Source: Chiloscyllium plagiosum (lineage: Eukaryota). Taken from it: 64,000 bases of DNA. The translations under genes and the position numbers were made by a program. Every line of letters begins with the position of its first letter. Position 1 is the stretch's first letter. The stretch spans positions 88,926,229 through 88,990,228 of the forward strand of contig NC_057718.1 in NCBI RefSeq assembly GCF_004010195.1, read 5' to 3'. Below the pieces are notes generated by a model. The model was not told the DNA's origin, ran no database searches, and saw only the letters and a program-made list of their open reading frames with translations. This document shows, piece after piece, positions 12,533 to 24,576 of the stretch.

Positions 12533-13240
12533 TTGCCCGCTTTCTCCCCGTCACCCTTGACCTCCTTGACAATCAATCTATCTATCTCCATCTTAAATAT
12601 ACTCAATGACCTGGCCTCCACAGCCTTCTGTGGCAATGAATTCTATAGATTCCCCACTCTCTGGCTGAAGATGTTTCTCCTTAGCTCCGTTCTAAAAGGT
12701 CTTCCCTTTACTCTGAGGCTGTGCCCTCAGGTTCTAGTCTCTCCTACCAATGGAAACATCTTCCCAAGATCCTCTCTGTCCAGGCCGTTCACTATTCTGT
12801 AAGTTTCAATTACATCCTCCCTCATCCCTCTAAACTCCATCAAGTACAAACCCAGATCTCTCAAAAGTTCCTCATATGTTCAGCTTTTCATTGCTGGGAT
12901 CATTTTCATGAACCTTCTCTGAACAGGCTCCTTCCTGAGATATGAGGCTCAAAATTGCGCACAATACTCCAAATGTGGCCTGACCAGAGCCTTGCAGAGC
13001 CTCAGAAGTACATACCTGCTTTTATTTTCAAGTCCTCGTCAAATAACTGCCATCATTGCATTTGCCTTCCTAACTATTGACTCAACCTGCAAGTTTACCT
13101 TGAGAGAATCCTGGACTAGAACTCCCAAGTCTCTTTGCACTTCAGATTTCTGAAATTTCTCCGCATTTAGAAAATAGTCCATGCTTCTATTCTTCATGAG
13201 CGCACACTTTGCCAAGTTGTACTCCATCGGAAGTTACTTG
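12533..13240 (-). mobile_element. CR1 LINE 3' fragment nested in an older CR1
   Basis: Minus ORFs QKSEVQRDLGVLVQDSLKVNLQVESIVRKANAM and LPQKAVEARSLSIFKMEIDR. Confidence 0.8.
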
Positions 13241-13658
13241 TCAAGAAAAAGTCTGCAAAGGGATATAGGGAGAAAAAGTGAGTGAGGAAAGGTGTGGCAG
13301 ATGAAATATAACCTTGGTAAGTAGAAAGAAAAGCAAAGCAAAATATTACTTCATTAGAAGGAGATTGCAGAACTAGTTGGTGGAATACTGAGGGATCTTG
13401 GGTATCCTGGTACATGTGGTATGTAGGTACAAGTGATTAGGAAGGCAAACAGGATGTTGTTGATTATTACAAGGAGAATGGAATAGAAGATTAGGGAAAT
13501 TTTGCTACAGTGATGCAAGGTTTTGCCCAGACCATATCTGGAGTATTGTGTACAATTTTGATCTTCTTATTTTAAAAAAATGTAAATAGTTTAGAAGCAG
13601 TTCAGAAAAAGATCCACTCAACTCATTCCTGGAATGAACGGCTTATCTTATAAGGATA

Positions 13659-13872
13659 CTCTGACTTGGAAGTGCCGGTGTTGGACTGGGGTGGACAAAG
13701 TTAAAAATCACACAGCACCAGGTTATAGTTCAACATGTTTATTCGGAAACACTAGCTTTTGGAGCACTGCTCCTTCATCAGGGCAATCACTTGATGAAGG
13801 AGCAGTGCTCTGAAAGCTAGTGCTTCCAAATAAACCTGTTGGACTATAACCTAGTGTGTGATTTTTAACTTG
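13659..13872. mobile_element. Palindromic hammerhead-bearing element (family B)
   Basis: Inverted arms centred near 13786; core TGATGAAGGAGCAGTGCTCTGAAAGCTA; TAAGGATA duplicated at 13651-13658 and 13873-13880. Confidence 0.8.
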
Positions 13873-14381
13873 TAAGGATAGATTGCATAGGCCTAAACCC
13901 CATTGGAGAAGAATGAGAGGTGATCTCATTGAAACACGTAATATCTGGAGGGAGCTGGATAGGGTGGATACTTGGAGGATGTTTCCTCTTGTGGGAGAGA
14001 CTAATACAAGGGAACATAAATATGAATAAGAGATCATCTTTTTGAGACAGATGAAGACTTCTGTTTTCTCTTTCAAAGGCTTGTTAAAGTGTAGAATTCT
14101 CTTCCGCAGGAGGAAGTGGAGACTGGATTATTTCATTTATCCAAGACTAGGTTACATCAATATTTGATCGACAGAAGAGTCATGGATTGTCGTGTACAGA
14201 CAGAAATGTGGAGTTGAGACCAGAGTCCAATCAATGATCTCATTAAATGCTGGGGCGCGCTGGAAGGACCAAATGGGCTAGTCTTGACCCTATGTAACAC
14301 TTACGCAGATCGATTCATGTTCCAGCAAACATGTTGGGTATAAGATGGGAACACCATCTTATGATGGTGATGGGAACACAT

Positions 14382-14888
14382 GGGGCAGCATGGTGGCTCA
14401 GTGGTTAGCACTGCTGCCTCACAACAGCAGGGGCCCAGGTTTGATTCCAGCCTTGGGTGCCTGTCTGTGTGGAGTTTGCACATTCTCCCCGTGTCTGTGT
14501 GGGTTTCCTCCGGGTGCTCCGGTTTCCTCTCACAGTCCAAAGATGTGCAGGTCAGGTGAATTGGCTTTGCTGAATTGCTGAAAAATGTGTTGCTGGAAAA
14601 GTGCAGCAGGTCAGGCAGCATCCAAGGAGCAGGAGAATCGACATTTTGGGCATAAGCCCTTCTTCAGCTCTCCTGCTCCTTGGATGCTGCCTGACCTGCT
14701 GCGCTTTTCCAGCAACACATTTTTCAGTCTGATCTCCAGCATCTGCAGTCCTCACTTTCTCCCTATGCTGAATTGCCCGTAGTGTTAGGTGCATTAGTCA
14801 GAGGGGGGGGTGGGTTGCTCTTCGGAGGTTTGGTGTGGACTGGTTGGGCCGAAGGGCCTGTTTCCACACTGTAGGGAATCTAATCTAA
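14382..14888 (+). mobile_element. HE1-like SINE interrupted by a family A palindrome (14579-14765)
   Basis: tRNA head TGGCTCAGTGGTTAGC and TCTAA tail; the inner insertion is flanked by TSD TGCTGAATTGC (14568-14578, 14766-14776). Confidence 0.85.
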
Positions 14889-14954
14889 AACCATCCCTCG
14901 TTTTACTTCCTCACACTCTCATCCTGCCCTTCTACTCTTGTTGTCCTTCCACAG

Positions 14955-15154
14955 AATTAACAGTGACAACAGACGCCAGCGAGTGAATGATCACCTCTCC
15001 AGCACCAGCGAGCAAAGCAGCCCATCCGCAGGCACATTAGAATCCAGCAAGGAGACCCGATACTGTGCAGTGTGCAGTGATTACGCCTCAGGCTATCACT
15101 ATGGAGTCTGGTCATGTGAAGGCTGTAAAGCTTTTTTCAAGAGAAGCATTCAAG
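14955..15154 (+). CDS. esr1: Estrogen receptor alpha, internal coding exon (equivalent of coding exon 2: end of A/B domain + first C4 zinc finger with P-box)
   Basis: Pyrimidine tract + AG at 14953-14954 and GT donor at 15155. Translation (R)INSDNRRQ...[36 protein letters not shown](G). CEGCKA is the ER-type P-box; NSDNRRQ and KETRYC are ERalpha-like, not ERbeta-like. Phase 2 start and phase 1 end match the known ESR1 exon structure. Confidence 0.93.
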
Positions 15155-16837
15155 GTAAAACGATGGCTATAATATTTCGGCTCTACTTGTCATGGTAACA
15201 GTAGATTGAGCAAGTCAGCCAGTTTGTTCAATCTTACCTGTGTGGTTTTTCAGATAGTTTGTTTGTGTTGGATAAACCAGTATGTGTTTCTATTATTGGC
15301 CAATTGCAGGTATCACCTTGACGACAGCCTTAACCATAGACACTGGAAAGCCGTTAGCAAATCTCATTGAGTACTATTTTCATTACAATGTTATACAGTG
15401 GTGTGTGCTTGGCAAATTGATTTCCCCATGTTTAATTGTGATACGACTTAAGTTTCTTTAAATGAGTACAAGGGGGATCTTGCCTTTCAGGCTCGATTTC
15501 AGATATGAACCTTACGGAATCTGGATTTTGTGAGGAAAAAGATGATGATTTCTGAATTGCTGATGCCTTTTCCATTGAGTCAGGCTGTGTGGCCTGACAG
15601 GCAGAGAATAATTGTTGAACAATCTTTGCAGGAATTGACTTGTAGCACGGGAAGTTGTTGTTTATGTGAGGTTGGTGCTCCCATGTTTTATCACTCTGTT
15701 CACAATGTTCTGTGTAAACTTCGGCTCCTCTGGGACAACTCATTTATAAAGTGCAGGAATTGCGCTGGGATGTTAAATCTACTGTAAATTTCTCTCCAGA
15801 ACTATGTCTACCCCTGCTATCCTGTCACCCCTGACCTCACCAAGTTATACTGACTCCTACACCAGTTTGAAATTCTCATCTTATCGGGCCAAAACATTGG
15901 ATGTTTTCAAGGGGGTAGTTTGATGGTAGTTCTTGCAGCCAAAGGGATCAACAGGTATGATGACAAAGCAGGACAGGGGATTGAGTTGGACAATCAGCCA
16001 TGATCACAGTGAATGGCCAAATGGCCTACTCCAATTTTCGATGTTTCTGTATCTGTGTCTGTCTGGTGCTGCCTTCATGAACACATTGGGCCACATCCTC
16101 CTAACCTTCGAAATCACTGCATTTCACTGCCTCCAGTCTCTTTCTTTAAAAAGAAGTGCTTTCAGATTGTGGCTATATTTGTTGTCCATCTCTGGTTGCC
16201 TTGGGAAACATTGAAAATTGGTGCAGCAGTAGACCGTTTGACCCTTTGAGCTTGCTGTGCAACTCAGTACCCTGTTCCTGCTTTTGATCCATTCTCTCCA
16301 GACCGTATCAAACTCTTTCTTGAACACTTGAGAAGTTGGCAGCTGAGCTTTCCAGTTGGAAACAGTTGCAGCCATCAGAGGGAGAGGTGGAATTCAATGG
16401 GCTCAGTCTTGTGGAGGTGACTATTGGCTGAAGGACTGAGAGAGAACCTTGGATCACTTCTTTTCAGGAATATCATACTGCCCCCTGGGACTGAACAGCA
16501 GTGACTGCTCCAGTACGTCACCCCATCTGAGGCTTGATATTGTTGCTGGATCACAGTCCAGAGACAGACATAATCATGAAGGAGGTGGGATGCTGGAGAA
16601 ATAACCTGCCAACATGATGACTTCTATCCAGCCAGAGGGTTGAGGGCAGGGGGGGCGGGGGGCACAAGATTGCAGCTAACATCTGAGATGGCATGACGTT
16701 TCGACTCTAGCTGACCCTTTGTCAGCTTTGACTCAAAATGTCAGCTCTTTTCTCTCCTTACAGATGCTGAGATTTTCCAGCGTTTTCTCTTTTGGTTTCA
16801 GATTCCAGCATCCGCAGTAATTTGCTTTTATTGGGAG

Positions 16838-17160
16838 ATGGCATGGTGGCTCGGTGGTTAGCACTGCAGCCTCACAATGGCAAAGACCTGGGTTCAGTTC
16901 CAGCCTTGGGTGACTGTCTGTGTGGAGTTTTAATGTTGTCTGCATGTGTTTCTTTTGGGTACTCTAGTTTCCTCCCACAGTTCAAAGTTGTGCAGGTTAG
17001 GTGGATTAGCCATGCTAAATTGTCACATTGCGTCCAGTAGATAAGTTGGATTAGCCATGGGAAATGCAGGGTTAGAGAGACAGGGTTGTTCTGGTTAGGA
17101 TGCCCTTTGGAAGGGTTAAATGGCTAAATGGCCTGCTTCCACACTGCAGGGATAATCTCA
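16838..17160 (+). mobile_element. HE1-like SINE
   Basis: TGGCTCGGTGGTTAGCA head and shared body. Confidence 0.75.
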
Positions 17161-17242
17161 GGTGATCTGAAATAGTTATCAGTTAAATCCAGTGAAAATA
17201 ACTCAGCTGAAGTCACCTTTTGAGTATTGTAAAAGCTAAACT

Positions 17243-17560
17243 TCATAGAGTCATAGAAGACAGAAACTGACCCTTCGATCCAACCAGTCCATGCTGAACA
17301 TAATCCCAAACTAAACTAGTCCCATCTGCCTGCTCCTCATCCCTATCTCTCCAAACCTTTCCTATTCATCTGCTTATCCAAATGTCTCTTAAATGTTGCA
17401 ACTGTACCCTCATCCACCAATTCCTCAGGAAGCTCATTCCACACACAAACCACGCTCTGTGTAAGAAAAATTGCCCCTCAAGTCTTTTTTAAATCTTTCT
17501 CCTCTCACCTTAAATAACATGCCCCCATGTTTTGAAATCCCGCATCCTTGGGAATTGACA
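17243..17560 (-). mobile_element. CR1 3' fragment
   Basis: CATAGAGTCATAGA tail; same family as 4268-5208. Confidence 0.7.
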
Positions 17561-18845
17561 GTGGCCATTCACTTGGCGTAACTCGAAGAAGCTCTGAAGG
17601 TTTCCTCTTGCTAAGTGGCACAATTGGCTTGAGGAGATGTCTGGTCTCCTCCTGCTCCTATATCCCAAATCAGATTATTTGAATTCAGGTACAGGCTTAT
17701 CACCCTCTGATCATTCGAACAAATTTAGCTTTTTTTTTTCCTCTGCCGACAGGTCATTCTAACAGTGACTTAATTTCCTTTCTCAGTTTTCTACACTGTA
17801 GTATAAATTTTGGCGCATTCAATTTGCATCTCACAACTGAAGAGTGTTTTGAGAACACGGGTATAATTTTTCGCAATGTGCTCCCAGGCCATGAACTGCA
17901 CCAGCATTTAGGTTTGGGGTAATCCTAATCCTAACCATAATGTTAAATAATTATCCTTATTCTGTTGACATGTCTTAATTGAGTCATTGATTTTTAAAAT
18001 TTCCCCTGTAACGCTGTGTAGCTCAGTGAAGTGTTTGTAGTAACGACCAGCCGCTTGCCTTTCGTTATGGAATTTAGATCAATGAGGCTGCTACGGAAAA
18101 CAGCTGTTTTTCCAACGGAATACTGAATCTATGGAATTCTCTGCCCCAGGAAGCAGTAGAGGCAGCTTCATTAAACATATTCAAGACACAGTCGGATGGC
18201 TTTTTGCATGGTAGGGGAATTAAAGGTTATGGGGATAATGCAGGCGGGAGGAGCTGAGATGATGGATAGATCAGCCATGATCTTAATGAATGGCAAAGCA
18301 GCTCAATGGGCTAAATAGCCACTCTTGTTTCTATGAAACGATGAGGTGAAGGAAAACAAAATTGGTCTTAACGTTCTTTGCACCTCACAAAAGAATATTC
18401 TGGAAATGCAGTCGCTGTTACGATGTAGGAAACACAGCAGGCAGATTGCAAGTTCCCACAAACAGCAATGTGACAATGACTAGATTGCCAGTTTTTTTCC
18501 TTTTTTAAGAGATCACTGTGCCCCCTTTTGTGGTCACTTAGAGGATTCAGGGAGAATTCCTTTCCTCTTTCAATGGAGCAACGGGGATTCTGCTGTGGGT
18601 TCTGGAATCTCCAGGAAGTGGGGTCCCCCTTGGCTGAATAAAGTCAGGTCATAGATGTCGTAACTGGAGTCAGAGGCAAGGCCAGAAATTGCGATCTGAC
18701 CTGATTTATTTGGATCAATGTCAGATTTGGGGTTCTTTATTCTTTGAAACAGGTATCAGGTAGCAGAGCTAAACCATGCAGCAGCTACATCCATGCAATA
18801 CCTGTGAAGTTACTCAATATAATTCTCCCAGAGGTTTGGATATTT

Positions 18846-19119
18846 TAGATTAGATTACAGCGTGGAAACAGGCCCTTCGGCCCAACAAGTCCACACCGAG
18901 CCTCTGAAGCGCAACCCACCCATACCCCTACATTTAGCCCTTACCTAACACTACGGGCAATTTAGCATGGCCAATTCACCTGACCTGCACATCTTTGGAC
19001 TGTGGGAGGAAACCAGAGCACCCGGAGGAAACCCACGCAGACACGGGGAGAACGTGCAAACTCCACACAGTCAGTCGCCTGAGGCGGGAATTGAACCCGG
19101 GTCTCAGGCGCTGTGAGGC
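18846..19119 (-). mobile_element. HE1-like SINE (5' truncated)
   Basis: TAGATTAGATT tail and shared body. Confidence 0.8.
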
Positions 19120-22100
19120 ATGTTGTGAGGATATGTTGTGTGAATCTCTACAACATGCTGTACATTGGCGGGACTGGTGTTCCCTGCTGAACAGTAATAT
19201 AGGACTGTTCTCAGTCACTCGACATGGTGGGCGACCAGGGTCTGACAATTAAAGACTAAGCCTCATGCAGTGCTGAGGTCGGCCAATGTCTGTTGATTTT
19301 AACATTTCAGGATTAACTGATGCAACCAGTTTGAGAGGCTGGGAAGGTTGAGGAGACCCTGTGTCACAGTTGAAATTCACTTCACGCAACACTGAAGGGG
19401 TAATGAGCTTGATTTGTTCATGGCAGTGCAGTCAGTGTTGTTAGTGGCGATGAGATAGCTTGTCTGACCTTGATGTGGGGGAGAACAGTTTGTGTGCTGG
19501 ACGAGTTCCTGCCAGGGATAGCCTGCAAAACGTGAATCATGAAGGCACTTAATGAGGCAATTTTACTGCAAAGAGATTGAAAGAGGCCTCAGAAATGCTG
19601 TTGTTGTACTATGTATAATTTGTGCTGATTTATGAATCGGCCTCCCTTCAAAGTTAACTTATTTGTTTCAAGATTGTGGCTTTTTTTTTGTAGAGTAGCA
19701 ATGGAGCGTTTCTTGAAGAAAAGCTTCCCTTCCAGCTCTGCCACACACTCAGGCATCATCATCCCCCCCACTCCTCCGACCGCACCCATACTGAGCTGCA
19801 CTGTGTCTCTATATCCTGAATTGGCTTGTTTGATTGTGGAATCTTTTTACTTGTCACTCCCCCCACCCACAGCCCTGCATAGTCTCCCCCTACTGCACGC
19901 GCCCCTCTCTTCTGACTGGGACCCTCCCGCCTTCTGACTGGGACCCTCCCTTTTGGTGACCTCTTCCAATGACGAGAAAGCTCTAAGCGGGACTGAGGCA
20001 ATACTTTACCCTTCACTACCCCTTTCCCAACCTCCAAACCCTTCTCAGAACCCATCTTCCCAACCAAACCTGCAGTCAGTTTTCCCACTCCGACCCTTCA
20101 TCTGATCCTCTGTTCCTTTTGTGTTTTTTTTTTCTTTCTAATCTTCCTTAATCTCTCTGCCTTGGCAGACATTATCCCATTAAAAGGCCCGACATTTCAT
20201 TCTCTGTATCTATCGAGCGTGCCTGTTGAAACACTTTAACATGATTGCAAATGTGTGTGTTCCAGTTTTAGTCCCAAAATAAATTAGCAGATGTAATGAA
20301 TGATTTACTTTTGACTGGCGCACAACTTTCTTTTCGAAAAAGTTCAAGCTCCCACAATCGACACCTTTCTCCTCATTAAAACAGCATAAGTACCAATGGG
20401 TTGCAATCTCCAACTGGAGCAGGGCTGAGCAAGGCTGGAGTGGGAGGCACAGAAAGGGCAGTTGAGGAAGAGTTTGCAATTAAGACTGTCTCAAATCTAC
20501 AAGTGTTTCAGAATTGATTACTGCTGGCTCATAGGAAATTCGTTTGAACAGAGTTATGCCGCCCCTCTATTGCAGTGAGCCACTGCACAAGAGCATTATT
20601 GGAAGACAAAAATCATCGTGGAAGCACATAAAGAGATATATGGAGAGGAGCTAGATTTTCAGAAACAGCTTTTAGGGAGAGGGAGAGAGACATAGAGGTC
20701 TAGGGAGGGGATTTCATAGCTTAAGGTGTGATGAATTGAAGGAAATTGCAAATGTATAAATTAGAAGGAGCATAAAGTTCCTGGACAGGTTGATTAGAAA
20801 ATATCCAAATTTCCTGTAGTGTTGAACAAAAGACATCAGAGGGGATTGGACACAATGTTTCCACTTGAGGTTGAAGTGAGATGATGAGTGAGTTCAGTGG
20901 TGTCTGGTCAGATTTTCTGCTGTGATCTTTGGGCTTTCAACCTCATTAATGTGACAAACATGTTGGGTGCATTTCTCAGGGAATGGCCTGGCTAACGAGG
21001 TGGAAGAGCATGCCCCCGGGGGTTTATGAGCCCCTGCTGCTAATTCAAGCACAGCTGCTCACCACTACAGATGCTGTGAGCCAACACCACCTCTCATTCT
21101 ATGGTGCTCAACTCTGGGAATGTCCCCAAAGCCAGTCACCATTTAAGGTTTGAGGGATTGACGTTGAGAATCTGATGTTTTCATTCTCACCCTATTTTGT
21201 CACCAAACTTGCCATTTCTCTTGCCACATCAGGGAAGGGAAAGTTCTACCAATAGCTTTCCTGAACTGAGAGCCAATGTGGTCAGTGAGCCAAGGGATGA
21301 AAGGGGAAAAGATTGATGTACATTAAGATATAGACAGCACACTGTAGATGCAAAGCTCTATACACAAATAGTTAAATAAGTTATCAGTTAACCTGTCTTT
21401 GGTGAAGTTGGCTGACAGTAAGTTAGGAAAGTTGCCATGCTTCTTAAACAGTGGCGCACAAATGGTGTGATTTCCATTTTCGATTCCTCTGTTACTGAAG
21501 TACTCCATGTCCACTGCAGCAAGACTTGGGCTGATAAGCGGTAAGTAACATTTGAGCCACACAAATGCCAGGCATTGACCAGCTTCAATAAAGGAGTATC
21601 AGTTCCATCCCCTTTCATAATCAATAAAGCTGCCATTGTTGAATCCACTATCAACTTCCTGTAGTCACCAAGCTCTCTTGCCTGGGCTGACTGCACAATT
21701 GCTTTTACCACAGACCAATTGTTAGAATTCTGTGGCAATGGCTCACTTCCTGGCTCCCAATATCTACAAAGTATAAAACAGGAATGACCTGGCATACTGT
21801 CACCTTCCCTGGATGGATGTAGCAGCAATCACACTCCAGACGTTTGAATAAAAAAAAATGGTTTACAAATCTTTTGTTGACTGTTAAGCATTCCTTGCCT
21901 TTTCCAAAAAGAAAATGGTAACTTTGCAATATACGGTTCAGTGAAAACACTCAATTAAAAAGCTATGGATGGATAAGTCTCATAGCCCATTTAATTTAGT
22001 AACAAAGGTGATTGATTGAGAAAGCACCGACAACATCTTGTAATAACCATCTCTATATGAACCACATACGTATATTGCCCTGAGAGGTCGAAGCATTGTC

Positions 22101-22665
22101 ACCATAACTTAATATTCCATTTCCTCTCACAGCCACTCTGCTATTTCATTACCTTTTGGTGTTTTGGGAGACCTTGTAAACAAACCTTATGTGGAGAATG
22201 CGTTTTGCGATCCCATTCTATCGCAGCCAAGATAGGCAGTGAACAGTTGGCTTTACTTTTGATTCGATTTTCTTGCCCTGTTGCCCGAGCTCCCAGCATC
22301 ATTAAGCAGCTGCTCAAGAGCAGAGGTTCTGTGTAGCCATGACACAGCAGCTTTGCTAAAATACAGGGCAGCTTGAGAACTGGTCGAACAAGGCCATTCA
22401 TTATCCAGTGCTCATGGGCACAATGCCTTGTGCACTCTCTCTATCTCAATAGCAGGCTGTATCACTGACTACTAGAATCAAGGGCATGTTGTGCTGTTAA
22501 AAGGGAACATGGCCAAGCTCCTTCCACTCACTTTTCTACGTTTAACGCTAACAGACTAATCCTGTACGTAATCACACCCCGGGGCCCTGTTTTGGGGAGA
22601 CTGAGAAACTGATGAAAAACACAGCAACTTTGTCTTCTTCTCATTCCAAAGGAAACAAAGAAGGA

Positions 22666-22850
22666 CTTGCATTTGTATGTTGTGTCGCACACTCTCAAGA
22701 CATCCTCAGTGAATGAAGTATCGTTGAGGTGTGAGCGCTGTTGTGATTATAGGAATGCAGCCGTCAATTTGCACAAAGCAAGCCCCCACAAACAGCATTC
22801 CTGTCCAGAAAAGCTGCTTTTGGTGAAAGTGATTGAGGGATCGACATTAG
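22666..22850 (-). mobile_element. Deu-domain SINE (SacSINE1-like) 3' fragment
   Basis: Reverse complement matches the TTGCTGTTTGTGGGAGCTTGCTGTGTGCAAA...ATAAATGCAAG end seen at 55640-55675 and 56220. Confidence 0.55.
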
Positions 22851-22859
22851 CCATGAAGA

Positions 22860-23370
22860 CAGTTGTGGTGGAGACGTTCAGTTGCTGAGAGAATAGTCAC
22901 TCTGATTGTAAGACCCCACAATGGATAATGAGGACAGCTGAGAGGATCATCGGTGTCTCTCTCCCCTCCATTTCAGACATTTACACCGCACGCTGCATCC
23001 GAAAGGCTAAGAGCATTGTGGGGGACCCCACACACCACTTACTCATACACTTCTTCTCCTGCCATCTGGCAGCAGATACTGGAGTATTCGGCCAACTTGC
23101 ACAACAGTTTCTTTCCCCAAGCCATCCGACTCCTCAACACAGTATGATAGGACTCTTTCCCATCTGAAATTCTTTGCACGACTTCAAATTGCTGCTAGAA
23201 AATCATCTATTATTTATCATTCTTCTATTACACTGTAACTTGCATGTTTTGCATTTCTTACACACTTTCTACTACGATTGTGTAGTTTGTGCTGCCCATG
23301 TAACACCCTCAGTCCTGGAGGGACGCTGTCTTGTTGTTACTGTATCTGACACACACACACACACACACAA
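22860..23370 (+). mobile_element. Rex1/Babar-like LINE 3' fragment followed by a CA microsatellite
   Basis: ORFs RTAERIIGVSLPSISDIYTARCIRKAKSIVGDPTH and NSFFPQAIRLLN are typical of the Rex1/Babar C-terminus. Confidence 0.75.
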
Positions 23371-24019
23371 TTAATTCAGAACACTATGGTTGAAAAAGTG
23401 TAATTGGGACTTGATTTCACACACTTTCCTGACTGAACAGATGGACACATTTATCACTTTATAACCAGAGTTCTGCTCGGATACAAATTACACAGTCCTT
23501 GTCCTTTATCTATTTCATAGTAAAGAAAGAACAAAGCTATAGGCAGATTTCACAGGAATAGCCTCAAAGCTATCATCAGCCTTTTATGCTCCCACTGTAC
23601 TTGTTAATTTTTGGAAATGTCTGCAGCCATGTGCATTCTGTGGTAAGAGTTCAATTCTTGCCTGTCTTTCTCTTTATCTGATTAAATGTGACAGCTTTGG
23701 TGAAAGGGACATCTTCCAGGAGAAGATCTCTTGGGGAACTAATATCAAATCCTGTCTTGGTCATTGGCAACCTGCGCTAAAGAGTCTCCATATGTTGGAA
23801 ACTTGTGATTGTATCACAGGCTGTTACTTACTTGAACTCAGTTCATCCTCATTAAATTGGTTACACTGAGGGATAAGATGGTTCACGGTGGTACGCTGTT
23901 TTGCTATAACAAATATGACTTTGGTGAGAAGCAGGTTCAATCCAAAGCTTACAGAAACTGTAGCTAAGTGGTGCTATTTTAGCAGACAGCAGATTCAAGC
24001 AGGCTTTACACTTGTGGGA

Positions 24020-24234
24020 AAAGTGAGTATTGCAGATGCTGGAGAGTCAGAGTCGAAGAGTGTGGTGCTGGAAAAGCACAGCAGGTCAGGCAACATCCGA
24101 GGAGCAGGAGAGTCGACATTTCAGGCATAAACTCCTCATATTCCTGATGAAGGCCTGATGCCCGAAACGTCGACTTTCCTGCTCCTCGGATGCTGCCTGA
24201 CCTGCTGTGCTTTTCCGGCACCACACTCTTCAAT
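24020..24234. mobile_element. Palindromic Penelope-derived element (family A)
   Basis: 15-bp TSD TTTACACTTGTGGGA at 24005-24019 and 24235-24249; inverted arms. Confidence 0.85.
24140..24175 (+). ncRNA. Minimal hammerhead ribozyme motif
   Basis: CTGATGA-A-GGCCTGATGCCC-GAAA-CGTC; core intact, helix II imperfect. Confidence 0.55.
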
Positions 24235-24266
24235 TTTACACTTGTGGGATTTGAGCATTTTTAGCA

Positions 24267-24576
24267 GGGCGGCACAGTGGCTTAGTGGTTAGCACTGCTG
24301 CCGCTTCACAGCACCAGGGACCTGGGTTCGATTCTAGCCTTGGGTGATTGTCTGTGTGGAGTCTGTATGTTCTCCCTGTGTCTGCGTGGGTTGCCTCCGG
24401 GTGCTCCAGTTTCCTCCCACGATCCAAAGATGTGCAGGCCAGGTGGATTGCCCATAGTGTTAGTTGCATTAGTCAGAGGGAAATGGGTCTGGGTGGGTTA
24501 TTCTTCAGAGGGGCAGTGTGGATTTGTTGGGCCGAAGGGCCTGTTTCCACACTGTAGGGAATCGAATCTAATCTAA
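24267..24576 (+). mobile_element. HE1-like SINE
   Basis: tRNA A-box/B-box head (GGTTCGATTC) and TCTAA tail. Confidence 0.85.

Larger units (their letters stand above)
8870..14290 (+). mobile_element. Old CR1 LINE ORF2 broken by three nested insertions (pieces ~8870-9134, ~12336-12532, ~13250-14290)
   Basis: RT motifs continue in order across the pieces: KIANVTILFKK and QQSFVK; DVMHLDFQDKFDKVP; WQMKYN; RMRGDLIET. Confidence 0.7.

Noticed and set aside
14938..15198. 86-aa ORF read as a standalone gene
   Set aside because: Its ends are intronic read-through beyond the AG and GT splice sites.
17729..17860. Strong acceptor (T-run + GACAG at 17752) followed by G-H codons, as esr1 exon 3 would begin
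   Set aside because: It continues HSNSDLISF with no CPATNQC zinc-finger pattern, so it is not exon 3.
24267..24340. SINE heads as functional tRNA genes
   Set aside because: Each runs straight into a shared SINE body and tail.
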